This document shows positions 1 through 9,609 of a stretch of DNA of 43,067 nt, in pieces. Below the pieces are notes generated by a model. That model ran no database searches. It had not been told where the DNA came from and saw nothing but the letters and a program-made list of their open reading frames with translations. The position numbers were made by a program, and so were the translations under genes. Each line of letters begins with the position of its first letter. Position 1 is the first letter of the stretch. Origin of the DNA: a virus; IMG/VR virus record IMGVR_UViG_3300045988_098493, positions 1 to 43,067 of that record. The stretch is one strand, 5' to 3'.

Positions 1-580
1 GTGGCCGTGACCGTGCAGCTGCCCGCCTTGACGGCCTTGACCACACCACCGGAAACCGTCGCATAACCGCTGGGCAAGACCGTCCATGTCACGGTCTTGT
101 TGGTGGCGTTGCTGGGCAGGACTGTGGCCGTCAGCGTCTCGCTGCTGCCCTCGGTCAGGCTCAGGGTGGATTTGTTGAGCGTCACACTGGACACCGCGAC
201 TGTCGCCGCCACCGCCGTCGCTGTGATGGTCACGTTACCGGTCACGCTGGCGATGGAGACGACCCGGGTGCTGGCGCTGTAAGCGGACGACGTGATGTCT
301 GCGCCGCCCATTTTGATGGTCACGCTGGACATGGTGAAGCCGGAGGCTGCTGTCAGGGTGGCTGCAAACGAGCTGCCCTGCGCCACGCTGGCCGTGCTTG
401 TGGAGCTGGTCACATGGCTCAGACTGTAGGTGACGCTGTAATAGGTCGGCGACGGCGTGGGCGTGTCCCCGCCACTCTGCCCAAACTCCGTCTTGAGGGC
501 GTCCAGCTGGCTCTGCATGGTGCTGTTACCGTATGCCGCCGACTCAAACAGCGACAAGATCAGCGTTTTTGCGGTGTCAG
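1..580. repeat. Left copy of the window-terminal inverted repeat (partner 42484-43067)
   Basis: Positions 1-75 are the exact reverse complement of 42993-43067. The first mismatch is at position 76. Homology then continues with scattered substitutions and a small indel to about position 580. Confidence 0.9.
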
Positions 581-944
581 AAAAGCCCGGGCCAGCCGGA
601 CCAGTGGCTCCTGTAGCGCCAGTATCGCCTTTGGGGCCTTGTGGCCCCGTTGCACCTTGCGCACCGGCAGCTCCGGCTTTGCCCGCAGGACCCTGTGCGC
701 CGGTCGCACCCGTCGCGCCAGTTGCACCCGTTGCGCCAGTTGCACCGCGCGGGAGCACGAGGTTGAGCTTGCCGTTTACAATGGTCGCGCTGGCGGTGTC
801 GCCGCTGGTCACCGTGCCGATGGTGAGGTCTGTGGTGGAGCCGGAACCGCCGCCCGTGCCGCCGTTCTGGGCCAGCGTTTCGAGCGCAGCGGCCATGCGC
901 TGGCCGGTTTCGTCGGTCAGGATAGGGGTTGTGACTTGTGCCAT
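1..944 (-). CDS. Tail fibre / receptor-binding protein with a collagen-like region and a Big_2-type Ig-like C-terminal part; 3' end runs off the window
   Basis: ATG at 944-942, preceded by AGGAGG (955-960 on plus). The frame is open to position 1. It is absent from the ORF track because no stop codon lies inside the window. Translation: [15 protein letters not shown]...[12 protein letters not shown]...LSHVTSS...[39 protein letters not shown]. It is the last gene of the tail operon. Confidence 0.8.
   Translation of the reverse strand, partial: MAQVTTPILTDETGQRMAAALETLAQNGGTGGGSGSTTDLTIGTVTSGDTASATIVNGKLNLVLPRGATGATGATGATGATGAQGPAGKAGAAGAQGATGPQGPKGDTGATGATGPAGPGFSDTAKTLILSLFESAAYGNSTMQSQLDALKTEFGQSGGDTPTPSPTYYSVTYSLSHVTSSTSTASVAQGSSFAATLTAASGFTMSSVTIKMGGADITSSAYSASTRVVSIASVTGNVTITATAVAATVAVSSVTLNKSTLSLTEGSSETLTATVLPSNATNKTVTWTVLPSGYATVSGGVVKAVKAGSCTVTA
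586..748 (-). repeat. Collagen-like G-X-Y triplet run (~54 residues) inside the left fibre gene
   Basis: Translation [54 protein letters not shown]. The P/A-rich plus-strand ORFs 414-953 and 457-1305 are its antisense shadow. Confidence 0.85.
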
Positions 945-960
945 TTTGGATAAACCTCCT

Positions 961-2115
961 TTAAGTCCCGTTGTCATAGGTGACGCACAATTTTCCGTCC
1001 ACGATGCTCAGGCCGATGTCAGTGCTGCCCGTGCCGCCGCCCTGCGCGACTTTTTCTTCCAGTGCGTCAAGGCGGTTTTTGTGAAAGGTCACAGTAGGAT
1101 ATCCGACGACGCCTTTTGTCTGAAAAACAAACTGGACGAGAATCTCTTTTGCGTTTTTCAGGTCATCGCTAAGGATGGTCGTTTCGAAATATTTATCGGT
1201 GAACGTGTAGGCGGGCGCACCGCCAGCCGTATAAATCGCGTGTCCGGTATCATCCAGAAGAACAACGGCGTTGGATTTTATCTGTACATAGGGGTTGGCG
1301 AGTGAGGTGGTGACAGCGGCTGCGACCAGCGTTTTTACATCGATGGTACAAACGCCATCCGGCAGCGTAGCGCGATACCAACCTTTGTTTTCAGCGGATT
1401 TGAACACGACCCTGCCACCGCTGTCGAGGTCGAAGCACTGACCAGTTGCAATATCAGAAGCAGTCGGTCTCACCGTCTTGCTGAGGGCTTCCGCCGCCGC
1501 GTCCCGGTAGGAAGCCGCAGCCTTTGCGCTGGCGTCAGCAGCTTCGGCGCTGGCTGAGGCCGTTTCATTGAGCGCTGCTAAACGCTCTCTCGCCTCTGTC
1601 TCGAGCTGATCCGTTGGGATCCCGTCCACGCCATCCCGGACCAAGCCACACAGGCTCTCGTCGGTACGGGTATCGCGGATGTTGGAAGCGGTGATGGTGG
1701 TGGATGCCGCAGGGCGGGTGACCTCGGCCAAGCAGAGGTCGTAGATCAGCGCCGTGCGGGAGATGGCGGGAGCCGTGGGCGAGGTGTCCGGCGTGCCCTG
1801 CAGGACCTGCAAGCGGGTCTCGTGGGCGGCGGCGTCATACCGCAGCACGATGCGGTCGATGCGGGGGCGCTGGCCGTCCGCAATGGGGAGCGTCAGGGTG
1901 GTGTCCTCGCGCTGGGTGACGCTGTAGCCCACGAAGCGCTCCGGGTGGACCCAGCCGCGCCCTGCGCCGACAGTGACGGTCAGGCCGCTGCCGTCAGATG
2001 TGACCGAAAAATCCTCATCGGTACTAAAGACGCCCGACGTGCGGGTGGAAAAGTACGCCGCCGCGTCGTTTGCGTCGTAAGTCGGGCCGTTGAGGGGATA
2101 GGTAATGATGCTCAA
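961..2115 (-). CDS. Tail fibre / baseplate receptor-binding-type structural protein (384 aa)
   Basis: I prefer the TTG start at 2115, with AGGAGGG 9 nt upstream. The longer track ORF (to 2427) has an R/P/S-rich N-terminus that overlaps the upstream gene. Product starts (L/M)[29 protein letters not shown], has an Ala-rich coiled segment [25 protein letters not shown] and a beta-rich C-terminus. It lies between the Tal-like and fibre genes. Confidence 0.65.
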   Translation of the reverse strand: MSIITYPLNGPTYDANDAAAYFSTRTSGVFSTDEDFSVTSDGSGLTVTVGAGRGWVHPERFVGYSVTQREDTTLTLPIADGQRPRIDRIVLRYDAAAHETRLQVLQGTPDTSPTAPAISRTALIYDLCLAEVTRPAASTTITASNIRDTRTDESLCGLVRDGVDGIPTDQLETEARERLAALNETASASAEAADASAKAAASYRDAAAEALSKTVRPTASDIATGQCFDLDSGGRVVFKSAENKGWYRATLPDGVCTIDVKTLVAAAVTTSLANPYVQIKSNAVVLLDDTGHAIYTAGGAPAYTFTDKYFETTILSDDLKNAKEILVQFVFQTKGVVGYPTVTFHKNRLDALEEKVAQGGGTGSTDIGLSIVDGKLCVTYDNGT

Positions 2116-2131
2116 AAAGAAATCCCTCCTG

Positions 2132-3136
2132 TCAGAGTTTGTGCCAGACCGGCGTGCCCAGCCGCAGGGTGCGGGTGGTGCTGTCGGACTGGCTTTGCAG
2201 GATGACGTCTGCCACCCGGACGGTGGCCTTGTAGCCCAGCTCCGGCAAGCTGCAGAACGCCACATCACCCGGGGACAGGTCGGCGCTGAGGTCGGCCTCG
2301 ATGCTGCCGGTGCGCAGCTGGTCAAGCAACTTGGTGGTCCCACGGTCCATGAGCCGGACGAGGTAATCAGCGGATTGGTTGGTCTCGCCCTTGTCCTCGT
2401 CCGGCTGGACGTCGCGGGCGTCCACATACAGCTCGCGCCGGTCGATGCCGGCGGCGTCGGTCAGACCGACGGTTACCGTGGCGCGGTTCTCGCCCTCGCC
2501 AGCGCCCTGCACGACGGCCACATTGCAATAGTCGTTGTCGCCGAACGCCCAGCTGGCCCCCTGCAAATTGCCCCATTTGGTCGCGAAGCGGTTGTTGGGG
2601 TCAGCAGTCGGGCGGTAGACCTCGAACAATAGCTTTTTGTCGGCATTTTTACCACTGAGCGCAACCCGGAAGCCGAGGTCACAGGCCGCGCCGATGGTCA
2701 TACAGTAGTCGAGCAGGGAGCCGCCCGAGGTCTGGGCGGTGAAGGTAGTATCGAAGCCCACCAGCTCCCCCAGCTCGAAGCGGGGCCACGGGTCCATGGC
2801 AGCTACAAGGCGGCGCATGGCGGCTTCGGCGTTCTCGGCCTTGACCGTTTCGGTGCTGACCCGCTTGCTCAGGATCCAAGTGCCCGGGAAGCCGGTGCAG
2901 ACGAGGTTCGCGTCGTCGTTTTGGTTGCTTCGGTGGCAGATGCGCATGGGCACGCGGCTGTCGGACCGCTTGAGCCAGCGCCCTTCCCGCAGGAGCGACA
3001 GATTTTCGGTGGTGGGCCGGACCTCGAGCGTAAAGACGCCCTCGGTGTTGTACGGCTCGTCCCAATACAGACTGACCCACACCCCGATGCGGCCCAGCCG
3101 CACAAGGGTGATCTCGTCGAGCACATCTAAAGTCAT
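2132..3136 (-). CDS. Tail-associated / baseplate hub-like protein (Tal N-terminal type, resembles Sipho_Gp37-like proteins)
   Basis: 334-aa ORF. Its ATG overlaps the Dit stop codon (ATGA at 3133-3136). It sits directly downstream of Dit, as in TP901-1-like tails. The family assignment is by recollection only. Confidence 0.55.
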   Translation of the reverse strand: MTLDVLDEITLVRLGRIGVWVSLYWDEPYNTEGVFTLEVRPTTENLSLLREGRWLKRSDSRVPMRICHRSNQNDDANLVCTGFPGTWILSKRVSTETVKAENAEAAMRRLVAAMDPWPRFELGELVGFDTTFTAQTSGGSLLDYCMTIGAACDLGFRVALSGKNADKKLLFEVYRPTADPNNRFATKWGNLQGASWAFGDNDYCNVAVVQGAGEGENRATVTVGLTDAAGIDRRELYVDARDVQPDEDKGETNQSADYLVRLMDRGTTKLLDQLRTGSIEADLSADLSPGDVAFCSLPELGYKATVRVADVILQSQSDSTTRTLRLGTPVWHKL

Positions 3137-4005
3137 GAAATCACCTCCGGCAGGATGCCGCTGTACATCGGGTAGAAGCTCACGGTGGCTTGCAGGGCGT
3201 CCGCGCCGGTGTCAGCGTCCATCTTGAGCAGATTGTCGCCCGGGGCCAGCTCTACAAGGTCGCTGTCCTCGTCCAGCAGGGCAAAGACGTTTTCTTCGGT
3301 CTGGCCCTCGATGCGCTTCACAGCCAGCTGGTCGGTCGTGTTGCGATAGATTTCGAGGGTCTGCCCGGGCGTCAGGGTGGTCAGAAAGCCGATGCTCTGC
3401 CCGGTGAGCAGATTGGTGATGCGCGGGTTCACGACCTGCGTATCGGTCGCCCGCAGGGTCGCCGTGAAGGGGACCGGCAAGGCTCCGGTGTTGCGGACGT
3501 TGACCATGGCGATGGAGTTGTGGACGCCGAATTGGTGGGGCTGGGCGTAGTTGACCGGGAAGCTGAACGCCGCCGAGTAGCCGCCCAGCGTGTAGCTGGC
3601 CGCGTCCAAGCCGTACCAGAACGGTTTCGGGCAGAACAGCATCATGTCCAGCCGGGGAAAGCCGTGGATCTGTACGGGGTACGGCGTTTTGCTGACGACG
3701 AACCGGGCGAACCATTTGTCGCCGAAATAGAGCACGCCGGAGATCTGGTAGGTGAGCGTCTGAAGAAAACGCTCGGCGTCGGCGTTGCCATTTTCGCCCC
3801 AGAAGTCTGCGATGATCTCTCGATACACCCCCGCCACAGTCTGCCCTTCGACAGTCTGGCCCACCTGATTGACGCCCTGCGACAGCTGCAGGTTGACGTC
3901 CACGCCGTTGAGCGGGTCGATGTTGTAGGGAATGTTGTAGTCCCAGCCCAGATGCAGGGTCGCGCCCGCATCGGTCACGAGCTGAAGATGGTCTTTTCGT
4001 TCCAT
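3133..4005 (-). CDS. Distal tail protein (Dit, Sipho_tail-like)
   Basis: Internal ATG at 4005 with AAAGGAG upstream gives a 290-aa product, MERKDHLQLVTDAGATLHLGWDYNIPYN.... The longer 511-aa track ORF overlaps the tape-measure gene with an R/P/T-rich frame. It lies immediately after the tape measure. Confidence 0.75.
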   Translation of the reverse strand: MERKDHLQLVTDAGATLHLGWDYNIPYNIDPLNGVDVNLQLSQGVNQVGQTVEGQTVAGVYREIIADFWGENGNADAERFLQTLTYQISGVLYFGDKWFARFVVSKTPYPVQIHGFPRLDMMLFCPKPFWYGLDAASYTLGGYSAAFSFPVNYAQPHQFGVHNSIAMVNVRNTGALPVPFTATLRATDTQVVNPRITNLLTGQSIGFLTTLTPGQTLEIYRNTTDQLAVKRIEGQTEENVFALLDEDSDLVELAPGDNLLKMDADTGADALQATVSFYPMYSGILPEVIS

Positions 4006-4018
4006 GTGAGCGCTCCTT

Positions 4019-6994
4019 TCATCGTTTGGTGGCCTTTGCGCGGTCCGCTTCCCAGCGGGCTTCCCGCTGAAGGTCTGCCGCCGTCTGGGCCTTGCTGTAG
4101 ATGTTCTGGGTGATGTTGGTGTCGCCCTCGCGGTGGTAGTTGTTGGCAGCAGCGGCCACCTGTGCCGTGCCGGACGCTGCCACCGTGCGGGTGACGGCCA
4201 TGTTGTCCGACAAGACCAGCCCATCCGCTTGACGGACCATCTCGGCCAGCTTTTCGTTGGCGGCGAGGATGGCGGCGGTGTTGTCCTCGATGGCGTCCGT
4301 GTTGTCTGGGGTTGGGTCTGGGTCCTTCGGGGTGGAGGGCGTGGACGAAGAATCAGACGAAGAATCAGACGAGGAAGAGCTGTTGTTCCGCTCTTCCTGC
4401 CGCTGCTTGCGCCGGTCGGCGATCTTGTCCGCCGCGTCCCAAAGCGGGTTCGATACCCGGCTGATGGTGTCAAGGCCGAGTTTGTCGGCGACCCAGTTGT
4501 AGGTGTCGATAACAGCGTTGACCGCATCGACGAAACCTTGCACGCCCAGACCAAGAACGCGGAGAATAGACTCGAAAACGAACGATACAACGTCCTCAAC
4601 GCCGTACCAGACCTTCTTGAAGCCGTTTGCCACAGACTCGTTGGTCCCGGCAAAATTGATGAGCGCACCCACCAGCAAGCCGATGAGCGAGATGACCAGC
4701 CCGATGGGGTTCGCGTCCATGGCGATGTTCAGTGCGGTCTGTCCGGCGGTGGCCGATGCTGCCGCAGGGACGAACTTTGCCACCAGCGACATGGCCAGCG
4801 ACGCCAGATCAGAGCCGACGTTGTTCAGCGCCGCGCTCAGCTGGTTCAAGGCTCCCAGTGCGAGGGACTGGATCTGCGCTTGCTGCTCTGCGGTGCACGC
4901 GTGCCAGAAGTACGACGCCGCCCACAGGCCCAGCTTTTCGAGGTCGCCGTTTTTCAGCGCCGTCGCCAGCGACTCGATGGCCCCGAGGGCGTCCGTCTGG
5001 ATGTCCTCTTGGATGGCATCCCAGCCGTCGTTGAGCTTGTCCCGCAGCTGGGTGGTCAGCAGCTCGCCCGCACTGGCGTACTGCACGCCCGCGTCCTCGA
5101 TGGTGCGGACCGTGGTTTCTACGCCGTCGGCGGTCTTGGTCGTGACGGTCTTGACCGTCCGCTCCACGCCGTCGATGACCTCTTTCCCGGTGCGGGTGGT
5201 GACGGTGCTGACCTTCTCGCTGCCGTCTGCCAGCAGCTCGGTGGTTTTCTCGACCGTGACCTTCGCGCCGTCTACAAGGGCGGTCTGGGTGTCTTTGGTG
5301 GTGGAGAGGACATCGCGCACCGCTTCGATGCTCTGGGTGACCTTCTGGCTCCCGTCTGCCGCCGTAGTCGTGATGGTCTTGACGTCGGAGAGGACGCCCT
5401 CGACCATCTGGCGGCTGGTCTCGGTGACGGTTTTCTTCTGCTGGGTCGTGCCGTTTTTCAGCGTCTCGTTGACGGTTTCAGTGGTGCGGATGATATTCCC
5501 GTCCACCTCGGTCGCCGTCTTGGTGATGGACTTGACCACCTCGGACGCGGTCTTTGTGGCGCTGGACCCGGCCTTTTTGGTAGACGATGCGGCCTTGTTC
5601 GCGGACGCGGTGATGACCTTTTCAGCGCTCTGTGCGGCGTTTGCGGCGGCTTTGGCTTCTTCCTGCCGCTGGGTCCAGCTCTTGTTGCTGATGCCTTCGC
5701 CGGAAAGCGCCGCCTGATGCCGCTTGTCGCGGTTTTCCTGCGATGTCTTGGCAGACTTGTAGTCGTCGTAGCTGGAATAGCCCGTGTAGCCGTTTTTGCC
5801 GAGGGCACTGTTCAGCTTATAACTGAGCTGGTCCAGCCAGCCGATCGCGGTCCCGATCGCCGACTGAGCAATGCTCGCCACGGACTGGAACGCCCCGTTG
5901 ACGATGCTCCGGAACGTTTCGCTGGTGTTGTAGGCGGTGACAAGCCCCGCCGTCAGGGCGGCAAGGGCAGAGACGACCAGCCCGATGGGGTTGGCCGTCA
6001 TAACGGTATTCAGTGCCGCTTGCGCCAGTGCCAGACCTTTTGCGCCGCCCTCTGCGGCTTTGTGGGCAGCGGCCAGCGCGGTGGTCACGGTGGTCTGCAC
6101 GACTGCGGCGGTGCTGGTGGCGGCAATGTAGCCTTTGTAGGCCAGAAAAGCCGCGCCCGCAGACACGACCACAGCGGCAGTCAGACCGATGGTCTCCTTC
6201 AGCTGGGCCATTTTTTCGTCGTCATCGAGGAAGGCGACGACCAATTCGTTGCTCTTGCCGATGATGTCGCCGAATGCGGTGAACAGGTCGTCCGTCAGCT
6301 TGCCGACAAGGGCGCTGATGTTGTCCTGCAGGGTGGACAGACGGCCATTGACGGTTTGGCTCGCTTCCAACATGCCGTTGTAGAACTGCCCGCCCTCGCT
6401 GGTGGCCGCTTCGACGGCGGCTTCCAGCTCGTTGAAGCCCACCTTGCCGTCCGAGATGCGCTTGTACAGCTCGGACATGGTCTCGCCGGTAGCCGCACAG
6501 ATCTGATTGAGCGGGTTGAATCCCGCATCGATCATCATGTTCACGTTTTCCAGCGTGACCTTCTGGGCGCTGGACATCTTGCCGTAAGCCCGAACAAGGG
6601 TCTGCATCTTGTCGGCATTGCCCAGCGAGATATCGCCCAGCCGCTTGAGCACGCCGGTGGTGTCATCCGCTGCGATGCCGAACTGAAGCAGGGTCTGCGT
6701 GCCGTCGGTCAGGTCGGACAGAGTGAACGGCGTCGATGCCGCCATTTTTCGAATCTCTTCCAGCTTTTCAGCGGCCAGTTGCTCGTCGCCCAGCATGACC
6801 TTGAAATTCGTCAGGTAGCTTTCCATCCCGGCGTTGTAGGCGATGCCGCTCTTGACGACGCTCTGCAGGGAAGAAGCCGCCTTTTTGGCGAAGTCTGCGA
6901 TCAGGTTCCCGGCAGCGACGGCCCATTTGTTGACGCTCTGTTCCGCCGGGTCGCTGTTGAGCTTGACTTCACCGGTGATGCTGAAATCTGCCAT
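4019..6994 (-). CDS. Tail tape measure protein (991 aa, TP901-family core)
   Basis: The N-terminal core LGDISLGNADKMQTLVRAYGKMSSAQKVTLENVNMMIDAGFNPLNQI is typical of the TP901-type TMP core. It also has Gly/Ala-rich hydrophobic segments, a T/V-rich repeat zone and an S/D-rich tail. Size and position are right for a tape measure. Confidence 0.9.
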   Translation of the reverse strand: MADFSITGEVKLNSDPAEQSVNKWAVAAGNLIADFAKKAASSLQSVVKSGIAYNAGMESYLTNFKVMLGDEQLAAEKLEEIRKMAASTPFTLSDLTDGTQTLLQFGIAADDTTGVLKRLGDISLGNADKMQTLVRAYGKMSSAQKVTLENVNMMIDAGFNPLNQICAATGETMSELYKRISDGKVGFNELEAAVEAATSEGGQFYNGMLEASQTVNGRLSTLQDNISALVGKLTDDLFTAFGDIIGKSNELVVAFLDDDEKMAQLKETIGLTAAVVVSAGAAFLAYKGYIAATSTAAVVQTTVTTALAAAHKAAEGGAKGLALAQAALNTVMTANPIGLVVSALAALTAGLVTAYNTSETFRSIVNGAFQSVASIAQSAIGTAIGWLDQLSYKLNSALGKNGYTGYSSYDDYKSAKTSQENRDKRHQAALSGEGISNKSWTQRQEEAKAAANAAQSAEKVITASANKAASSTKKAGSSATKTASEVVKSITKTATEVDGNIIRTTETVNETLKNGTTQQKKTVTETSRQMVEGVLSDVKTITTTAADGSQKVTQSIEAVRDVLSTTKDTQTALVDGAKVTVEKTTELLADGSEKVSTVTTRTGKEVIDGVERTVKTVTTKTADGVETTVRTIEDAGVQYASAGELLTTQLRDKLNDGWDAIQEDIQTDALGAIESLATALKNGDLEKLGLWAASYFWHACTAEQQAQIQSLALGALNQLSAALNNVGSDLASLAMSLVAKFVPAAASATAGQTALNIAMDANPIGLVISLIGLLVGALINFAGTNESVANGFKKVWYGVEDVVSFVFESILRVLGLGVQGFVDAVNAVIDTYNWVADKLGLDTISRVSNPLWDAADKIADRRKQRQEERNNSSSSSDSSSDSSSTPSTPKDPDPTPDNTDAIEDNTAAILAANEKLAEMVRQADGLVLSDNMAVTRTVAASGTAQVAAAANNYHREGDTNITQNIYSKAQTAADLQREARWEADRAKATKR

Positions 6995-6998
6995 GGAT

Positions 6999-7607
6999 TC
7001 ACCTCACTTTCGGGCTGTCGGAGTCATTGCGCCGGAACCGCGCTGCAAAGGCCGCGTTGTGGTCGGCCACAGTGACCGCAGGGCGGTTTCCGGTCAGCTC
7101 ACGCGGCAGGGCAAAGGCTTCCTTCCGGTCCTCGTACAGCTGGCGGGTCTTGCCGTCCAGATCGGTGAGGTCCATGGTGCGCCACGAGATGATCTTTGCC
7201 ATGAGGGTATCTTCGGGCAGGGCGCGGAACAGCGCCCGGAACCGCCACCAGTGGACCTGTTCAGTGGTCAGGTCGATGCGGTAGGCTTGCAGGAATGCGG
7301 CCATGATGTAATCGGCATCGCTGGCGTAGTCGAAGCTGATGGCCGCTGTGCTGCCGCGCCCGCTGCCTGTGGCCGGTTCGCTGCTGATGAAGAACCGCAG
7401 CAGGGATTCCCATGCATCCGGGGCTTCCAGCGGCGGGATGGGGTCACGGTAAAAGCGGCGGAACGATTCCTGCGCGATGCTCTGCGGGTCCTTTTTGGGG
7501 TGTCCGCGCAGGAATTGGTCGTTCAGCCAGACCATGGGTCGAAAGTCCGGGTCGATGGGGCGGCCCTCCCAGACGGTGGGCAGCGGTTCCAGCAAAATAT
7601 TAGTCAT
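6999..7607 (-). CDS. Phage Gp15-like tail assembly protein
   Basis: 202 aa with the ...YIMAAFLQAYRIDLTTEQVHWWRFRALFRALPEDT... pattern, characteristic of the Gp15 family found between chaperone and TMP in Firmicutes siphophages. It overlaps the upstream chaperone gene by 8 nt. Confidence 0.7.
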   Translation of the reverse strand: MTNILLEPLPTVWEGRPIDPDFRPMVWLNDQFLRGHPKKDPQSIAQESFRRFYRDPIPPLEAPDAWESLLRFFISSEPATGSGRGSTAAISFDYASDADYIMAAFLQAYRIDLTTEQVHWWRFRALFRALPEDTLMAKIISWRTMDLTDLDGKTRQLYEDRKEAFALPRELTGNRPAVTVADHNAAFAARFRRNDSDSPKVR

Positions 7608-8115
7608 TGTCCAGCGCCGCCAGTTCCTTCAGCAGCTCTGCGCGGCGTTCCGCTTTAGGGTCTTTCAGGGCCGGACTCTGCTTCGGAAAATCGATGGCGT
7701 CCGGGTGGAAGCCCTCAGAGCGGCTGTGCGGCTTGTGCTTCTTCTGCTGGCGGCGCTGGGCGCGGTTCTGCGGGGCAGGGGCAGGAGCAGCGGGCTGGAA
7801 CATCTCCCGGAAAGACTTCTGTTCTACACCCACGGCATCGATCATCTCCTTCCAGCAGATCACCGCCTTGTCGCAGGTGCTTTCGTCAAGGCCCAGCTGG
7901 GCGGAAGCCCCCGCGCCGAGGGTCGCGTCGATGAGGTCCAGCACGACGCGGCAGACCGCGCGCAGACTGTCGCCGGAAGAAAGATGCGCCTGTGCCGCGT
8001 GCTGGCGTGCAGCGTTCATCTTGCCCGGATAGGCCCGGAAGGCCGCCTCAAAGCGGTCAAGGTCGTTTGCATTCAGGCTGGAAAACGGGAAATTCTTGCC
8101 CTGAACAGTGATCAT
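7600..8115 (-). CDS. Tail assembly chaperone (gpG-like position)
   Basis: ATG at 8115 with AGGAGG 7 nt upstream gives a 171-aa product, MITVQGKNFPFSSLNANDLDRFEAAF.... It lies between the major tail and Gp15/TMP genes. The call rests on position only. Confidence 0.6.
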   Translation of the reverse strand: MITVQGKNFPFSSLNANDLDRFEAAFRAYPGKMNAARQHAAQAHLSSGDSLRAVCRVVLDLIDATLGAGASAQLGLDESTCDKAVICWKEMIDAVGVEQKSFREMFQPAAPAPAPQNRAQRRQQKKHKPHSRSEGFHPDAIDFPKQSPALKDPKAERRAELLKELAALDND

Positions 8116-8180
8116 GGCATGTCCTCCTATCAAAAAAGCCCCCGCCCAGAGCAGGGCGAAGGCTGGATGAAACAAAACGG

Positions 8181-8690
8181 TCAGGATGCAGCGTCGGCGG
8201 TGTAGTCGAACTCCTTCGGGGTCCCGATGCCCTTCACGTCAGCGGCAAAGGTGGCAGGATTGCCCGCAGAACCGCCCGCGTCCGACGTGACGATGATCGC
8301 GGCCTGTCCGCACTCGCCCTTGCCGGTGCGCAGGGAGAAATACAGGTACGGCACAACGACGGTCTGGCCGGAACCGAACTTCATCTTGTGGCTCAGAAGG
8401 AAGTTCTGGAAATCGTCGCCGGGGCAGCGGTCGCCGTTGATGGCAAGGGTGCGCTGCACGGGACCTTTCGCGGTGACGGGGCCGGTGCGGATATAGGTGT
8501 TGTCGGAAGTGGTCGCGTTCAGGGAACCAGAGTGCTCGCGCACATGGTCGGCGCAGACGATCCAGTCCGCTTTCTTGGTCTGGGTGGTCTCGGTCTGCAC
8601 GGCGAACACGAAATCGTCCGCCGTCTCGATGCCTTCATACGAAGCGCTGGGCGTAACGCCGGAGAGGTTGACAGCTTCGGTAACAGTCAT
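8181..8690 (-). CDS. Major tail protein (169 aa, TP901-1-like size and position)
   Basis: A beta-rich 169-aa ORF directly upstream of the chaperone/TMP genes. Its ATG overlaps the stop codon of the preceding gene. Confidence 0.75.
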   Translation of the reverse strand: MTVTEAVNLSGVTPSASYEGIETADDFVFAVQTETTQTKKADWIVCADHVREHSGSLNATTSDNTYIRTGPVTAKGPVQRTLAINGDRCPGDDFQNFLLSHKMKFGSGQTVVVPYLYFSLRTGKGECGQAAIIVTSDAGGSAGNPATFAADVKGIGTPKEFDYTADAAS

Positions 8691-9145
8691 GAAAAAGCTC
8701 CTTTCGGTTGGTAATAAACAAGGCGAAGCTGCATCTGCATCCTGCAGCTTCCGGATGCGCTGGTGACGATGTAGCCCGACGCCGTGACCGACACGCTGAG
8801 GGGCTGGCGGGGGGCTTCCAGCGCGGGGAAATTGTGCCGGTCATTCTGGGCCAGCACCCAGTCGGTCAGCTGCTCGAAAAAGCCGCTGTTCGCGATCTGG
8901 ACGCTCTGGGCTTCGCTGTACTCACGCCGGGAGGTGAACACATAGCTTTTTGCCATGTTCCGCCCGGTGAAATAGGTGGTCAGAACGGGGTCTGTGGGGG
9001 AATCCTCGATAGAAAATTCCGCCACCGGCTCCGGCGAAAGCCCGGAGATGCGGAAGGCCGCGCCGTGTTCGGTCTGCTCTTCCGCGATGAGCGGGCAGCT
9101 CTTGAGCCATTCCCGCATGGCGGCGATGGTCGGCTTTTCGGTCAT
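8687..9145 (-). CDS. Neck / tail-completion protein
   Basis: 152-aa ORF in the head-tail joining block, translationally coupled on both sides by 4-nt overlaps. Confidence 0.55.
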   Translation of the reverse strand: MTEKPTIAAMREWLKSCPLIAEEQTEHGAAFRISGLSPEPVAEFSIEDSPTDPVLTTYFTGRNMAKSYVFTSRREYSEAQSVQIANSGFFEQLTDWVLAQNDRHNFPALEAPRQPLSVSVTASGYIVTSASGSCRMQMQLRLVYYQPKGAFS

Positions 9146-9609
9146 AAGTGTCCCATCCCTCCCCAGAACGTCGTGACGGCACGGGTGACGTATAGGGCCA
9201 GATGCTCGCCCATGTCAGCAAGCGCCCGCTGGCCCCAGTAGGAGCCGCGCAAGCCTTTGTATTGGTCGGCTTCCTGATGGCGCTCTTCGTTGCCCATGAA
9301 GGTGCGTAGGTCCGTGCCTTGTGCGTGGAGATAATACTGCTTGCGGGCGTAGGGCGTATTGTAGACGAGCAAGCCTTCGTCGTATTTGGAAGCCTGATTG
9401 ACGCTGTTTTTCAGCGTGCCGGTGTCCAGCGGAACATAGCTGTCAATGATACGGGCGGCTTCCTGCGAAAAGGCATACTGTGCTTTTTGCAGGGCAGCAG
9501 TCTTTTCGGCCCCGAAGTCGGGACGCCACGAAAGTTGCATCTGGATGCCGTCCACCTGATACCTCAGTCCGTAGGGCTGCTCAAAAATGGGCTTGGACAT
9601 CTGCTTCAT
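9142..9609 (-). CDS. Neck protein, HK97 gp10-like
   Basis: 155 aa containing YVPLDTGTLKNS, the xPxDTGxLxxS signature typical of HK97 gp10-family head-tail joining proteins. Confidence 0.65.
   Translation of the reverse strand: MKQMSKPIFEQPYGLRYQVDGIQMQLSWRPDFGAEKTAALQKAQYAFSQEAARIIDSYVPLDTGTLKNSVNQASKYDEGLLVYNTPYARKQYYLHAQGTDLRTFMGNEERHQEADQYKGLRGSYWGQRALADMGEHLALYVTRAVTTFWGGMGHL

Noticed and set aside
1-75. True inverted terminal repeats of a linear, protein-primed or telomere-type genome.
   Set aside because: The repeat lies inside coding sequence of two fibre genes that are truncated by the window edge. It decays in identity after 75 nt instead of being homogenised. No protein-primed DNA polymerase, terminal protein or protelomerase is present. 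An assembly break at an internal inverted repeat is more likely.
961-4668. Long versions of the ORFs at 961-2427 (488 aa) and 3133-4668 (511 aa).
   Set aside because: The N-terminal extensions are R/P/S/T-rich and overlap the upstream genes in another frame. Internal starts with good ribosome-binding sites (2115 and 4005) give compact, non-overlapping genes.
4133-7075. A 980-aa plus-strand ORF, and many other long plus-strand ORFs across 1-22000 (for example 10368-11771, 15075-16481, 21353-22252).
   Set aside because: These are antisense shadows of well-supported minus-strand phage genes in high-GC DNA. Their translations are R/G/A/P-rich and low-complexity, they lack ribosome-binding sites, and they overlap recognisable genes.
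7600-7700. Programmed -1 frameshift joining the tail chaperone (7600-8115) to the Gp15-like gene, as with gpG/gpGT.
   Set aside because: No X XXY YYZ slippery heptamer is visible in the last ~100 nt of the chaperone gene. The downstream gene also has its own ATG, overlapping by 8 nt. I cannot exclude a frameshift without a formal scan.
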